A stretch of 38,187 nt of DNA from a virus (taxonomy: Duplodnaviria > Caudoviricetes): IMG/VR virus record IMGVR_UViG_3300021408_000060, positions 1 through 38,187 of that record; one strand, 5' to 3'. The notes under the pieces are model-generated. The model was not told the origin of the DNA. It saw nothing but the letters and a program-made list of their open reading frames with translations, and did not search any database. Positions 8,539-18,271 of the stretch are shown piece after piece (position 1 is the first letter of the stretch; every line of letters begins with the position of its first letter). A program made the translations under genes and the position numbers.

Positions 8539-10238
8539 TATATTTGTGTTATTGAACCATCAGCATTGACCCGACCTTTCACACCATTTATATCTATTAC
8601 ATCGCTAACTTTATACGTTTTACCTCCCAATTTAACATCGGATACACCATTTATAGCCCATCCTTTAGAAGAGGCTTTATTTTTTGCATCACTGGTCAAA
8701 GCATTGATAAAATTGTCTATTTTTACATCAGAATCAGCACCAAGGTTCAAGGTTTCTGAAAATCTCCCTGGGAGCATATCTCCATATCTCTTTTCTTCAG
8801 AAGGAGTGAGCGCCGCACCGGAACGAGCACGGGAAAGGAGATCAACGATTTGTGAACGCAAATCCATATATTTTGTTTGCTTTTCAGATCCGAAAACTTT
8901 ACCCAGTGTACCTGATACAAGTCCTCCCCAACGTTCTTTATCAAGTTCTTTTAGTTGTTTTGCAAGTTCAGTAGCAGAATATAACGACCCAAGACCTGAC
9001 TGATATGCATCATCCCCAGAAGGAGAAACCCCTGTATTTACACTTATAATCTGTCCTGGAGTTTTAGGGAGTTCTTTAGCTGTTTGAGCCACGATACCGA
9101 ACGTACCTTTCGGAAGTCCTGTCGGTATCTTTCCATTAGCTGCATATTCTTGAGCATAAGCGATCATCAATCCAGGATCTACCCCACTAGCTCCACCTTC
9201 CGCATCAAACTTTGACTTATCTAGTTTTAACTTCTCCCAATCAAGAGCCATATCATTTTTCATTTTTGCAATCTGTTGTTTTTTATATTGAGCATCAAGT
9301 TTATCGTTTTCACTATAGAGAAAACCACCAGCGTTAGCCATTGCTTCTCCGAGATTACTGGAATTTTGAATAGCCTCTATTTCTTTCGGATCGTTACCTC
9401 CATTTTTTGTATAGTTGGTCAAAACCGCATTAATATCGTCTCGCAGTTCCGCCTCTACTTTAGCCTCTGCCTCATCTTGTTTTTGTTTCAAGTCCTGTGC
9501 TTCCTTTATCTTCTTCTGTACATCATCGACAGTCTTTTGGATTGCTGTTTGACGTTCTTTACGAGCATCATCGAGGACAGTGTAGGCGTCTTTAATACCC
9601 TTTATTTTATTATCCTTAAGAGCCTGCGTAAGTGTTGCCACAGCTGAAGCCAGCTTAACATTCAGATCAGCAACTTTATTAGCACCAGCACTTATCACGG
9701 AACTAATAATATTTGTTTGAAAATTTGCGTCATATTCTGCTGCACCTTGCTGATATCCTCGGATATTTGCAGTACCTGTGGCTCCAGTATTTGTCAGTTT
9801 CTGTTGTTCGATTAACTGATTAAACTGCTGTTTTAACCCTTCTATCTGAGCATTTTCACCAGCAGATAGGGGAATACTGCCGTTTTGAATGCCAGTCATC
9901 TGAGTATTGGCCTCCTCCGCCGCCTGTAAACGTTTCTGTGAAAGTGTTTCAGCTTCTGCTTGTTTTGTATCTATATTTTGTTGATCTGTTGGTTTTTCAG
10001 GTGTAGGAGTTGATGGAGTCGTTGGTTGAGGTGTAGATGGTGCAACAGGATTACCAAACACATCGTATCCGGGTTGACCTTGATTTTGTACACTTGAACC
10101 GGGTTGCATACCGCCAGTTGGTGGAGGTACATTTTTAACAAAACCCCCTTGTGGTGTATATGTGCCTCCAATCATGCTAGCCGCTTGTTGAGCTACTTTT
10201 GTTGCATCATCGTATGCTTTTTTTTGTTCTGGTGTCAT
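8538..10238 (-). CDS. Putative DNA ejection/internal virion protein
   Basis: Long Gln/Ala-rich coiled coils, Pro-rich N-terminal linker, 'LSRARSGAALTPSEEKRY..MLP' motif; synteny. Confidence 0.55.
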   Translation of the reverse strand: MTPEQKKAYDDATKVAQQAASMIGGTYTPQGGFVKNVPPPTGGMQPGSSVQNQGQPGYDVFGNPVAPSTPQPTTPSTPTPEKPTDQQNIDTKQAEAETLSQKRLQAAEEANTQMTGIQNGSIPLSAGENAQIEGLKQQFNQLIEQQKLTNTGATGTANIRGYQQGAAEYDANFQTNIISSVISAGANKVADLNVKLASAVATLTQALKDNKIKGIKDAYTVLDDARKERQTAIQKTVDDVQKKIKEAQDLKQKQDEAEAKVEAELRDDINAVLTNYTKNGGNDPKEIEAIQNSSNLGEAMANAGGFLYSENDKLDAQYKKQQIAKMKNDMALDWEKLKLDKSKFDAEGGASGVDPGLMIAYAQEYAANGKIPTGLPKGTFGIVAQTAKELPKTPGQIISVNTGVSPSGDDAYQSGLGSLYSATELAKQLKELDKERWGGLVSGTLGKVFGSEKQTKYMDLRSQIVDLLSRARSGAALTPSEEKRYGDMLPGRFSETLNLGADSDVKIDNFINALTSDAKNKASSKGWAINGVSDVKLGGKTYKVSDVIDINGVKGRVNADGSITQI

Positions 10239-10550
10239 TTATTCTGGTGAAGTTAATGCCATCTTTTTTATTTCAAGTTCCTTATCTTTACGTGCAAATT
10301 CAGACTGTTTATTCTGCATATCAAAATCATCTTTTCGCATTTGCAAGCCAAATTTCATTTTTTCATTATCTTGTTGCATTTTCCTATCCTGTTCTATTTG
10401 ACCACGCTCTCGTTTCACTTGGTTATACTGCTCCACACGCATTTTCTGTGCTTCCATACCCGTCAACATATCATTATGCTGTTCTTTAATCATAAGCAAA
10501 TGCTCATCTGCTTTTTTGCTATTAACGATGGGTGTGGTGAAGGTTGGCAT
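10239..10550 (-). CDS. Small coiled-coil protein, putative ejection protein
   Basis: Q/K/E/M-rich helix, translationally coupled to its neighbours. Confidence 0.5.
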   Translation of the reverse strand: MPTFTTPIVNSKKADEHLLMIKEQHNDMLTGMEAQKMRVEQYNQVKRERGQIEQDRKMQQDNEKMKFGLQMRKDDFDMQNKQSEFARKDKELEIKKMALTSPE

Positions 10551-10551
10551 A

Positions 10552-12231
10552 TTAGAAGAATGTTGTTACGATTGCGTGTCCTCGTGCACCTGCGCCACCT
10601 CCGCCAGACCCCGCGCCACCTCCGCCAGATGGGATAGTGCCAACACCTCCAACGCCAGAAGTACTTCCAGTCCCACCTGAACCACCTCGAATAGAAGTTC
10701 CTCCAGGGGTTATATTGCCTGGGTTTGGACCGACTGCACCCCCTCCGGCACCACCAAAATAAGAATTACCTGCAGCCTGTTCCACATTACTATTTACTCC
10801 AGCTCCAGCTCCTGAATATCTACCGTTTGTACCGGCTGCAGCAGATGCTCCAATACCCCATAAACCAGTAACATTTACACCCAATTGACTTCCCCCATTA
10901 CCGCCTGCGAGATTTCCACTTCCACCAACACCAGAGCCTTTTCCGGCTGCAGCAACTAACAAAGTTCCAAAAGAAGTAGCAACACCATCACTCTGTGCTG
11001 CGCCACCTGTTCCAATAGTTACTGTCTCCGTTGCTCCACACTGAGATGCATCAAACATATATTCTGTATACTCTCCACCACCACCGCCACTTCCAGAAGT
11101 ACTTCTATTTGCACCCCCTCCTCCTCCTCCCCATATCTGTACCAAAACTTTAAGTGGAGTACCCCCTGGTTTTGTCCATGTGTTTGTTGTGGTAAAAGTT
11201 TGAACATCTATTACAGCAGCAGCAACTAAAGCACTCTGACTTTGCATTTGAAATGTTGGACCAGTGGAATTATATGTTACCTCCACTATTTGATTTGCCT
11301 CGATATCACCTGTTATAAGTGCTTGATCATTATTTTTTGTTATAGAAATAGCTCCAAGAGAATTTACATTAAGTGTTGCAGCGCCAGTATTACCAACATC
11401 TGCTTTAAAGCGCAATGTCATTCCGTTAACATAAGAAGTCGGAACTGGAGAAAGGGTAATAACATATGTGTCATTTCCAGTAGCGGAAGCGGCATATTTC
11501 TCTACAGATTTCTGTAAACCAGTTTGAGTGACAAATTTGTTTCCAGATCCGACTGCAATATCCGTGTTATCTCCTGCTGCTGCCAACCCTATATTAGATA
11601 GTAAAAATTGATCTGGTCTAACCACTACAGATGCTCCTGTACCACCCGTTGTAGCCCCTGAATTAATTTCAGCCGCAGTAGCAACTTCAACAATACCTTT
11701 TACTGTAAGTGTTGCGTCTGGCGCACCAGAAACAGCGGTATCATCAACGTATTTCTTAGTTGCTAGCTGTTCATCATCTGTTGGAGGAGGTGTTGCCGTA
11801 TCCATCCGAGGATAGTTTGGATTTGTGAATGTCCATGTACCAGTTATGGTTTCGTCATCTGATTTTGATGTTAATTTATTGTAAAATCCAGAAGTATTTG
11901 AGATTACAAGAGTTGTGGAACCGGCATGTGTTTTAGCAAGACCAGATGTTTCAGTATATGGATATACAAAAGAGACTGTTGACACACCCGACAAAGTTGT
12001 GGTGCCATTAGCATTGTTCGTAAGTCCTGTAAAGGAAATCTGTTCTTCTAAATCTCCCTCTCCTGGTTGAAGGGTGGCGTAACCCGTGGAACCAAAAGTT
12101 CCTGACATTGTGAGAATACCTCCATCAATATCAAGCATTGACTTTAAAGTAATAGATGTTGCACCAATTACAGCACCGCTACCCGCCAGAGAAAATGCAC
12201 CAAGTTGTGCGAAACGAAAATTATCTGCCAT
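10552..12231 (-). CDS. Tail fibre protein with C-terminal glycine-rich domain
   Basis: 'LATKKYVD', 'ATLTVKGIVEVAT', 'NTGAATLNVNSLGA' and 'TWTKP...WGGGGGG...GARG' fibre motifs. Confidence 0.8.
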   Translation of the reverse strand: MADNFRFAQLGAFSLAGSGAVIGATSITLKSMLDIDGGILTMSGTFGSTGYATLQPGEGDLEEQISFTGLTNNANGTTTLSGVSTVSFVYPYTETSGLAKTHAGSTTLVISNTSGFYNKLTSKSDDETITGTWTFTNPNYPRMDTATPPPTDDEQLATKKYVDDTAVSGAPDATLTVKGIVEVATAAEINSGATTGGTGASVVVRPDQFLLSNIGLAAAGDNTDIAVGSGNKFVTQTGLQKSVEKYAASATGNDTYVITLSPVPTSYVNGMTLRFKADVGNTGAATLNVNSLGAISITKNNDQALITGDIEANQIVEVTYNSTGPTFQMQSQSALVAAAVIDVQTFTTTNTWTKPGGTPLKVLVQIWGGGGGGANRSTSGSGGGGGEYTEYMFDASQCGATETVTIGTGGAAQSDGVATSFGTLLVAAAGKGSGVGGSGNLAGGNGGSQLGVNVTGLWGIGASAAAGTNGRYSGAGAGVNSNVEQAAGNSYFGGAGGGAVGPNPGNITPGGTSIRGGSGGTGSTSGVGGVGTIPSGGGGAGSGGGGAGARGHAIVTTFF

Positions 12232-13129
12232 CGGATTTAAAGTTAATTAAATTAATAATTTTATCAATACACCCCTCTGGATCTGAATTTATGTCATGTT
12301 CCCATAATCTGATAACGGTTATACCATTTTTCATTAAAACTCTATTCTGATTTTTATTCAATTTCACTGCCTTATCTATACTTCTGTGTATCTTACACCC
12401 ATGCCAGTAACACCCATCGCAGAAAATAGCAATGTTGCTTTCTTCTAAATAAAAATCAGAAACCGTTACTTTACACAAAGGTATCTGTTTTTCATAAGGA
12501 ATATGATATTTAATCAACAATCCCTCAATTGTTCTCTCAATTGTTCTCTCAATTTTTGTATCTTTAAATACTTGAATTGGATTTGCAACTCTATTTTCAG
12601 AAAACCATTTTTTTCTAGCTGCCGTGTGTTTTTTACCTAAACTTCTCTTATTTCCAATCATTATCAAACCTAATTTTTTACCTCCGCATGTTCTACAACT
12701 TTTTCCTGCTGTACTCTTTTTATTTCCACATTCACATATCTCTTTATGCTCAACACCACCTTTCCAGTTTGGATGTTTATCTCCACTCATTTCTGGCATC
12801 TTTATACCCTTATTCCATGCTCGTCCAAAATCAAGACCAGAAACATTCAATTTAGATTTCATTTCATCAGAATACTCCACTCCTTTATTCCACGGAGTCA
12901 TTCCTTTTTTGAATTCACTTTTAGGAGAAAGATGAATACCTTTTTTACCTTTGTTCCATGATATTTGTCCTAAATGGGATATTCTTAATTTTTCGCGAGT
13001 TTCTTCCGAAACAATCACTCCCTTCCTAGGAGAAATTTGACCTTTTCTGAAAGAGCCAGAATTGGGTTTACAAACGCCTTTAGTTCCTCTATTCCAAGCT
13101 ATTCTTTTTTCTGTAGTTTTAGTTTCCAT
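12221..13129 (-). CDS. Free-standing homing-endonuclease-like protein (NUMOD3/PWNKG repeats plus Vsr/DUF559 nuclease)
   Basis: Repeated (A/S/P)WNKG, 'SEETREKLRISHLG', 'HPNWKGG', CxC...CxxC, and C-terminal 'DF...FCDGCYWHGC...IRLWEHDI'. Confidence 0.8.
   Translation of the reverse strand: METKTTEKRIAWNRGTKGVCKPNSGSFRKGQISPRKGVIVSEETREKLRISHLGQISWNKGKKGIHLSPKSEFKKGMTPWNKGVEYSDEMKSKLNVSGLDFGRAWNKGIKMPEMSGDKHPNWKGGVEHKEICECGNKKSTAGKSCRTCGGKKLGLIMIGNKRSLGKKHTAARKKWFSENRVANPIQVFKDTKIERTIERTIEGLLIKYHIPYEKQIPLCKVTVSDFYLEESNIAIFCDGCYWHGCKIHRSIDKAVKLNKNQNRVLMKNGITVIRLWEHDINSDPEGCIDKIINLINFKSDGR
12524..12554. repeat. In-frame 12-bp tandem duplication (IERTIERTIE)
   Basis: CTCAATTGTTCT x2 followed by CTCAATT. 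Confidence 0.85.
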
Positions 13130-13136
13130 TTCTTTA

Positions 13137-13147
13137 ATTGTACCACA
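13137..13147 (-). promoter_or_regulatory. Extended -10 promoter TGTGGTACAAT, leaderless, for the endonuclease gene
   Basis: The -10 element ends 7 nt before ATG 13129. Confidence 0.6.
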
Positions 13148-13149
13148 TA

Positions 13150-15015
13150 TTATTGCGTATTAGAAACTGGTATTTGTGTTGACATCTCTGCCATTAATCC
13201 CACGGCTAGAAGCTCAAAGCGTTGATCTACACCGAGACAACTTAACGATACTGATGCTTCAAAGAAGTCAGTGTTGTCAAACGTCAGAAACACGCGAAAC
13301 TTTGGAGGAAGATTTTGTATAGAATCAGCACCATCGCCTCCCAACTTACTTTTTCCAAGACTATTTTTTCCTAAAGAAGCTAAAGAAACTGGAATACATA
13401 CAATCTGCGTATCCGTTCCATCTATTTCAAAAGATTTCATAGTGGCACAACCATCTAATTCATACGTTATTGTTGCATTTATTGTAGTATTCGCAGAAAT
13501 ATATCCCTCCATATAGAGAGAATTAGCACTTTTCAGATCAATCCGTGTCCCATAATTCTGATACGAAAAGGTCATGACTGCTGGTATTGGATACCCAGCA
13601 AAACCGCTATACACTCTATCTGCATATCCAGTAAAAAGTTGATAACTTTCAAACGTATTGTAGCCATGGCCATACAACATTCCTTCTACTATATAGAACC
13701 GTGATACAGGAAGTGTTTGTGGTGCTTCCCATGAATTTGTAGAAAGGTTATACATGAGTACCAAACCTTCTACTGGTATAGCCACGAGAATATAGTACCG
13801 CCAATAAGCAATTGAACCATTAGTAAAGTCATAACTATCAACATCAAGTTTGATACTGTCAGATATATTTTTAGTCTGTGGAGTACCAAAATAGTTTTCA
13901 ATACGACCAATCATATCAATAGTCGTTTCATTTGTGACCGTAATAATATTGTTCTTCATGTGTGAAGCAAACGCCTGTGATATTGCTCCTTGTCTTCGTC
14001 CTATTTTGAGAAGCAGTGCATTAACCTGTTCATATGTCACACCAACTGTAGACGTCTGCAATGAGAAGTTCACGTTATACCACAAGTCTTTACCAGCAGA
14101 TACATACATATACTGCTCCTGCGGTATAAACGCCACCACATTATCATCAAGTATCAGTGCTGCTCCTTCACCTGTTTGTCGAGGTGTTGAAAACGAATAA
14201 TCCGTATATGAATTGACCTTAGAAATATAGACAGTAGGAGATTTCAACGCTCCGAGAAATACCTGATTGTTTAAAACACTGATAAGTCCATTAGGAAACG
14301 TAGCCGTCACACCCGTCAAACTACTATTAGCAGTCGTAACAACTGATTGATGTACAACAGAACCAACTGGCTCTGCTACGGGAGTTGGTGTTACACCCGT
14401 CAAAGTTGTTGTACCTTCTCCGCCTGTATATGTGTATTCTGTACCATTTATAATGACTTTCTTGTTACCCGCATTGTAAAATCCACTATCAGTCCATGTA
14501 TCGCCTGCTTTAGTCAAACTAGCTGCACCAGCAGAAAGCAACTCCGTCACCGCACCATTCCACTCATATATAAACGATGTACCTCTCACAAACAATGCTA
14601 CACGCAAACTCTCTGTCGTATTCCAAAACTTGGTAAAGTTAAATGCCACCGATGTCTGTGCGGTCATAAGATCCCGCCATGTCACCGCACCGGTAGAAGG
14701 TGCCACATACCGGTATTGCAATTTTCCATCATTGCCTGCTGTTGTTAAACCACCTGCACGCATATGCACTTCGCCATTGTTTTTAGTCAACCAATCAAAC
14801 GATGCCATAACACCGCCTAACACAGTGCTTGTCGCACCATCGAGAGCATACCCTTGACGTATTTGAATACGAGAAGACTCGTTGTTTAAGACATTTTGTG
14901 ATCCGGTGATTAAAACACCTGGACTCGTATTAGTTACATCTTCTAAATTACGATAACCCCATCTGAAGTTACTTACAATGGTATCTCCTGTTTTTTGTGG
15001 CTGTTTTGCAACCAT
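13150..15015 (-). CDS. Tail tube/hub protein (tail tubular protein B / P22 gp10-like)
   Basis: 621-aa beta-rich protein with 'NVL...IQIRQGY' N-terminus and 'KNISDSIK' motif; located after the adaptor gene. Confidence 0.65.
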   Translation of the reverse strand: MVAKQPQKTGDTIVSNFRWGYRNLEDVTNTSPGVLITGSQNVLNNESSRIQIRQGYALDGATSTVLGGVMASFDWLTKNNGEVHMRAGGLTTAGNDGKLQYRYVAPSTGAVTWRDLMTAQTSVAFNFTKFWNTTESLRVALFVRGTSFIYEWNGAVTELLSAGAASLTKAGDTWTDSGFYNAGNKKVIINGTEYTYTGGEGTTTLTGVTPTPVAEPVGSVVHQSVVTTANSSLTGVTATFPNGLISVLNNQVFLGALKSPTVYISKVNSYTDYSFSTPRQTGEGAALILDDNVVAFIPQEQYMYVSAGKDLWYNVNFSLQTSTVGVTYEQVNALLLKIGRRQGAISQAFASHMKNNIITVTNETTIDMIGRIENYFGTPQTKNISDSIKLDVDSYDFTNGSIAYWRYYILVAIPVEGLVLMYNLSTNSWEAPQTLPVSRFYIVEGMLYGHGYNTFESYQLFTGYADRVYSGFAGYPIPAVMTFSYQNYGTRIDLKSANSLYMEGYISANTTINATITYELDGCATMKSFEIDGTDTQIVCIPVSLASLGKNSLGKSKLGGDGADSIQNLPPKFRVFLTFDNTDFFEASVSLSCLGVDQRFELLAVGLMAEMSTQIPVSNTQ

Positions 15016-15018
15016 GGA

Positions 15019-15159
15019 CTATTTTTTCTTATCTTCTTTATTTCCACCATTTATCTTTACTGCAACTTCATTGGCATTACTCAAAGCACTTGTCATTGTT
15101 GACTCACTGCCTTTCTTACCCTCAATACTCGATTGCACCATTCTATTTGTTCCTGACAT
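15019..15159 (-). CDS. 46-aa hypothetical protein
   Basis: MSGTNRMVQSSIEGKKGSE...NKEDKKK*; tightly packed between neighbours. Confidence 0.5.
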   Translation of the reverse strand: MSGTNRMVQSSIEGKKGSESTMTSALSNANEVAVKINGGNKEDKKK

Positions 15160-15163
15160 TTGA

Positions 15164-15319
15164 TTATATTAATCCCATTATAGCAACTTTCTTTTTCTTA
15201 GAAATAACGCTTTTTGAGATTGTTTTTGATTTATTAATAAGTTCACCTGGGACAAAGTTCCCTTTAATTCCTAACTCTTTCTTAACTCGACGCACATCTT
15301 TTTGTATTTGTTTGTTCAT
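15164..15319 (-). CDS. 51-aa Lys-rich hypothetical protein
   Basis: MNKQIQKDVRRVKKELG...; start 15319 preferred over 15352 because it abuts the upstream stop at 15321. Confidence 0.55.
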   Translation of the reverse strand: MNKQIQKDVRRVKKELGIKGNFVPGELINKSKTISKSVISKKKKVAIMGLI

Positions 15320-15320
15320 A

Positions 15321-15467
15321 TTATCCTCTTTTTTTAAACTTATGCGATGCATTCTGTTCGCTCTTTACTACTGCTTCAGGTGTTCGTAACTTTCCTTTTG
15401 TTGCCTGAAACTTATTGAACTTTTCACCCGGCTTACTTTTTTTAACTACTTTTTTTGTTTTTTTCAT
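15321..15467 (-). CDS. 48-aa Lys-rich hypothetical protein
   Basis: MKKTKKVVKKSKPGEKFNKF...KFKKRG*; fills the gap after the adaptor gene. Confidence 0.5.
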   Translation of the reverse strand: MKKTKKVVKKSKPGEKFNKFQATKGKLRTPEAVVKSEQNASHKFKKRG

Positions 15468-15478
15468 ATTGTTTTTAA

Positions 15479-16687
15479 TTAATTAATCCACCGACGACCA
15501 AAGAAACGACCATACCCCGTGTTCGGCATTTTATAATAAACGCTTTGAGGCTTCTGCAATTCGCTGCGATAAAGACTTTTATATCTTGCAACACTCTTAT
15601 TATACTCTCCCATAAAAAATACCCCGTCATATTGCAGAGCATTTTTACCTTGTTGCTGCTGTACAGCATAACACGCTACAAGATTTGTCAGCATGTTATA
15701 TGACTCTGTATCAAGATTAATAAGATCAGAATCATCAAGCACAGTCTCTTGAAACGCTCCAGTTGTTACATTTCTGAAAAGAAATTTTGAATAGTAAGAA
15801 TACGCCAACACTGTACCCAAAATACAGTTAAGACCATTAACTTTTACAGCGGTATTCGTTCCTATCATGTTCAAAGTAACACGGGCATAGTCTAATACCG
15901 TGCTATCCGGAGAACCAGTAACCGTCATAGACGACCAAACAAACTGACAGAGATTCCAGCCATTGGCAAACGCAGTTCCTTGCTGTGCCAGTGTCACCGT
16001 TGCCGTATAATAGTTAGTCGACGATGATCCAATTCGTAAATTTACAGATGTGAGATTAGAACCTGTAGGAACATATACCCACACAAAGAAAGAGGATTGA
16101 TTTTCAACTTCAGAAAGATCAACCGCCGTCATTGTTGAGTTCTCGATATACCCAGCACCCACAGTCATATCAAATTCAAGCGAGCCTGAACCCTGGGCAA
16201 AGTTACTATTATTTACTTCAAGATTAGAGCCTGTACCTCCCACAGCCCATGTGCCATTACCAGCGACACTTTCTATCTGATTAACGATAACTGGAGCATT
16301 GAGATATGGAGCATTGATGCGAATAGTTTTAACCCCTGAATCAAAGTTCATCGTAAACATGTTGGCATTGCTAAACACATTTTGTTTCATTACATCAAAC
16401 GCCTGATTATATACCTGTGACCATATATCCATTGGCAATCTTCGCACCTGAGGAAATATGTCTATAAGTTTGTTACCCTTCACATCACTGGCAATAGGGT
16501 AGTCAAACACTGTGTTAAAGATAGGAGCCACAAATTCAACAACACGCTTAGTTTCTTGTGGATCTACATCAAGGAGTAACTGTCTAGCTGCACGATTTAT
16601 AACACCATCAAAGTTCTGTATTTTGTTGGCTGTAGTGCCATGAATGATTCCAATAACGTCATTTTTTAAATTTGTTATGGAGTACAT
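15479..16687 (-). CDS. Head-tail adaptor (tail tubular protein A-like) with inserted beta-sandwich domain
   Basis: Helical N-terminus 'INRAARQL', 'YPIASD' motif, central 'GWNL..F.W' jelly-roll-like segment, helical C-terminus; synteny. Confidence 0.6.
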   Translation of the reverse strand: MYSITNLKNDVIGIIHGTTANKIQNFDGVINRAARQLLLDVDPQETKRVVEFVAPIFNTVFDYPIASDVKGNKLIDIFPQVRRLPMDIWSQVYNQAFDVMKQNVFSNANMFTMNFDSGVKTIRINAPYLNAPVIVNQIESVAGNGTWAVGGTGSNLEVNNSNFAQGSGSLEFDMTVGAGYIENSTMTAVDLSEVENQSSFFVWVYVPTGSNLTSVNLRIGSSSTNYYTATVTLAQQGTAFANGWNLCQFVWSSMTVTGSPDSTVLDYARVTLNMIGTNTAVKVNGLNCILGTVLAYSYYSKFLFRNVTTGAFQETVLDDSDLINLDTESYNMLTNLVACYAVQQQQGKNALQYDGVFFMGEYNKSVARYKSLYRSELQKPQSVYYKMPNTGYGRFFGRRWIN

Positions 16688-16696
16688 TTTATTTTA

Positions 16697-16987
16697 TTAT
16701 TGTGCCCAAGATACCGTGATATCCTGTGCTGCTGTTGCAGAAGTGATAGTTAACCCAATACCAAACACAATGTCGTAAACAAGAGTAACTGGCATTGGAC
16801 TAGCTGGTGTAGTTATCGTTGCCAGGACTGTACCAGAAGCGGCTGTATTGTTATATACCGTAACAACTCCAGTTGCTACTGGTTTATTAAATGTAATTGA
16901 ATGTAATTTTCCCGTACCTGTAGCAATAACCGTAGTTGTTGGGGCAGCTGCAGTAATATTTGTTGATTGATATTGTAAATCGTTCAT
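16697..16987 (-). CDS. Small beta-sandwich virion protein
   Basis: 'G.LHSITFN...TVYNNTAASGT.LATI...F..GLTI' pattern common in phage structural modules. Confidence 0.65.
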   Translation of the reverse strand: MNDLQYQSTNITAAAPTTTVIATGTGKLHSITFNKPVATGVVTVYNNTAASGTVLATITTPASPMPVTLVYDIVFGIGLTITSATAAQDITVSWAQ

Positions 16988-17002
16988 AATTTTAAATTAA
17001 TT

Positions 17003-17055
17003 TTAATGTCCTCATCCCTGGCTCCTAGACCTAGGAGACAGGGTGGGAACATTAA
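17003..17055 (-). other. Long intergenic hairpin (mRNA processing or stability element)
   Basis: UUAAUGUUC..CCCUG.CUCCUAG-GU-CUAGGAG.CAGGG..GGACAUUAA; no downstream U-tract on the coding strand. Confidence 0.55.
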
Positions 17056-17288
17056 GAAACTATTGTCAAGAAAAGAGAAGATGTTCTTGTACCAACGTTC
17101 ACAAAAGGCGAACCTGATGTGGTATTGATAAGCAAACAACCTTTTGCATATCCAGCATCTGCTGAAGGCATACTTGCTGAAGGTGAATATCCGAATATTG
17201 CATCACCATTAACATCTGTTAATGATACGAACACTCCAGGATCTCCTGTCTCTGTTGATAAATTCGTTCCTACATTATTACTAGCCAT
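17052..17288 (-). CDS. Small virion protein (head fibre/decoration-like)
   Basis: 'GYAKGCLLINTT....FVNVGT' motif, directly after the capsid gene. Confidence 0.6.
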   Translation of the reverse strand: MASNNVGTNLSTETGDPGVFVSLTDVNGDAIFGYSPSASMPSADAGYAKGCLLINTTSGSPFVNVGTRTSSLFLTIVS

Positions 17289-17314
17289 TTTGTTTATTGA
17301 TTAGCTAATAAAGA

Positions 17315-18244
17315 TTACGCTGTCCCTAGCGAACCAATGCTGCCTCCATAGTCAGCGCAAAAATAATTTTCTCTGTAGTTAGCCTGATAGAAGTACGTCA
17401 AGTTACTTGAGTATCTCCAATCCGTAAGAGCTGTTTCAACCCCCTGTCGAATCAAACGAGTGAAACCGTGATTTTGTGCAAGAAGGAACCATGCAGTATC
17501 TGATCCGCCAGCTGCCGTTCCCAACCAATGTGACGTCCACACTGTAATTCCAAGTGCTGAACGATACACATTGATATTGTTGTTACCGGAATCTGCGATA
17601 AGTGCAGAATCAGTAATCTCACGAGCTTTCTTCCAAAGTGCGAGCGGTACGAGAAGTACCGAAGGTGCACCTCCACTGATAACACCAGCCTGATTTTTCT
17701 GTTCACCTAACAATACAATCGCATCGTTAAGAGACGTTGGTGTTAGAGCTGCTGTAAGTCTGTTGTCCTGTGTACCACCACCGATAAGAGGGTGTGCATC
17801 GTTAAAGATACTTACACCATCTGCTGTAAGAGCGGTAGTAAATCCAAGTCGGAATAGTCCGAATGCAACTGAATCCTGAGTATTCTTTGCCTGACGTGCG
17901 AAATCCGCTACATCCGCTGCCCATACTCCGTGCATATTGTCATCAAACAACTGCTTACTGATACTGATGCCTTGTGCATACGTATTGATAAGAGTTGTTT
18001 GCTTGTTTGTAACACGAGGAGTTGATAGAGGAACTGTAGTCGCTTCACCAATAGAGGGAAAGAGTCCTGAACCCTTGTTGATGGATTGAATCCATGCAGC
18101 ATGAGTTGTTTCTTGAGGTTTAAAAATTTCTGCTGTTGTAGCATGTGCTACACCAGGAAATCTGTCATCGAAATCAAACTTTTGGGAGAACACTGCATCC
18201 AGTTCAGTTTGTACGATGCTAAAATTCTGGGCTTCTGTAAACAT
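17315..18244 (-). CDS. Major capsid protein (HK97 fold, Mu gpT-like)
   Basis: 'YAQGISISKQLFDDN', 'DGVSIFNDAHP', 'PSVLLVP', 'SDTAWFL' motifs; follows the scaffold and cement genes. Confidence 0.85.
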   Translation of the reverse strand: MFTEAQNFSIVQTELDAVFSQKFDFDDRFPGVAHATTAEIFKPQETTHAAWIQSINKGSGLFPSIGEATTVPLSTPRVTNKQTTLINTYAQGISISKQLFDDNMHGVWAADVADFARQAKNTQDSVAFGLFRLGFTTALTADGVSIFNDAHPLIGGGTQDNRLTAALTPTSLNDAIVLLGEQKNQAGVISGGAPSVLLVPLALWKKAREITDSALIADSGNNNINVYRSALGITVWTSHWLGTAAGGSDTAWFLLAQNHGFTRLIRQGVETALTDWRYSSNLTYFYQANYRENYFCADYGGSIGSLGTA

Positions 18245-18271
18245 TTTAGTTAAGAATTAATTAGTAATGTA

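Noticed and set aside
12221-13149. Group I intron around the endonuclease
   Set aside because: The flanking genes are each complete with their own start and stop, and there is no non-coding space for an intron core.
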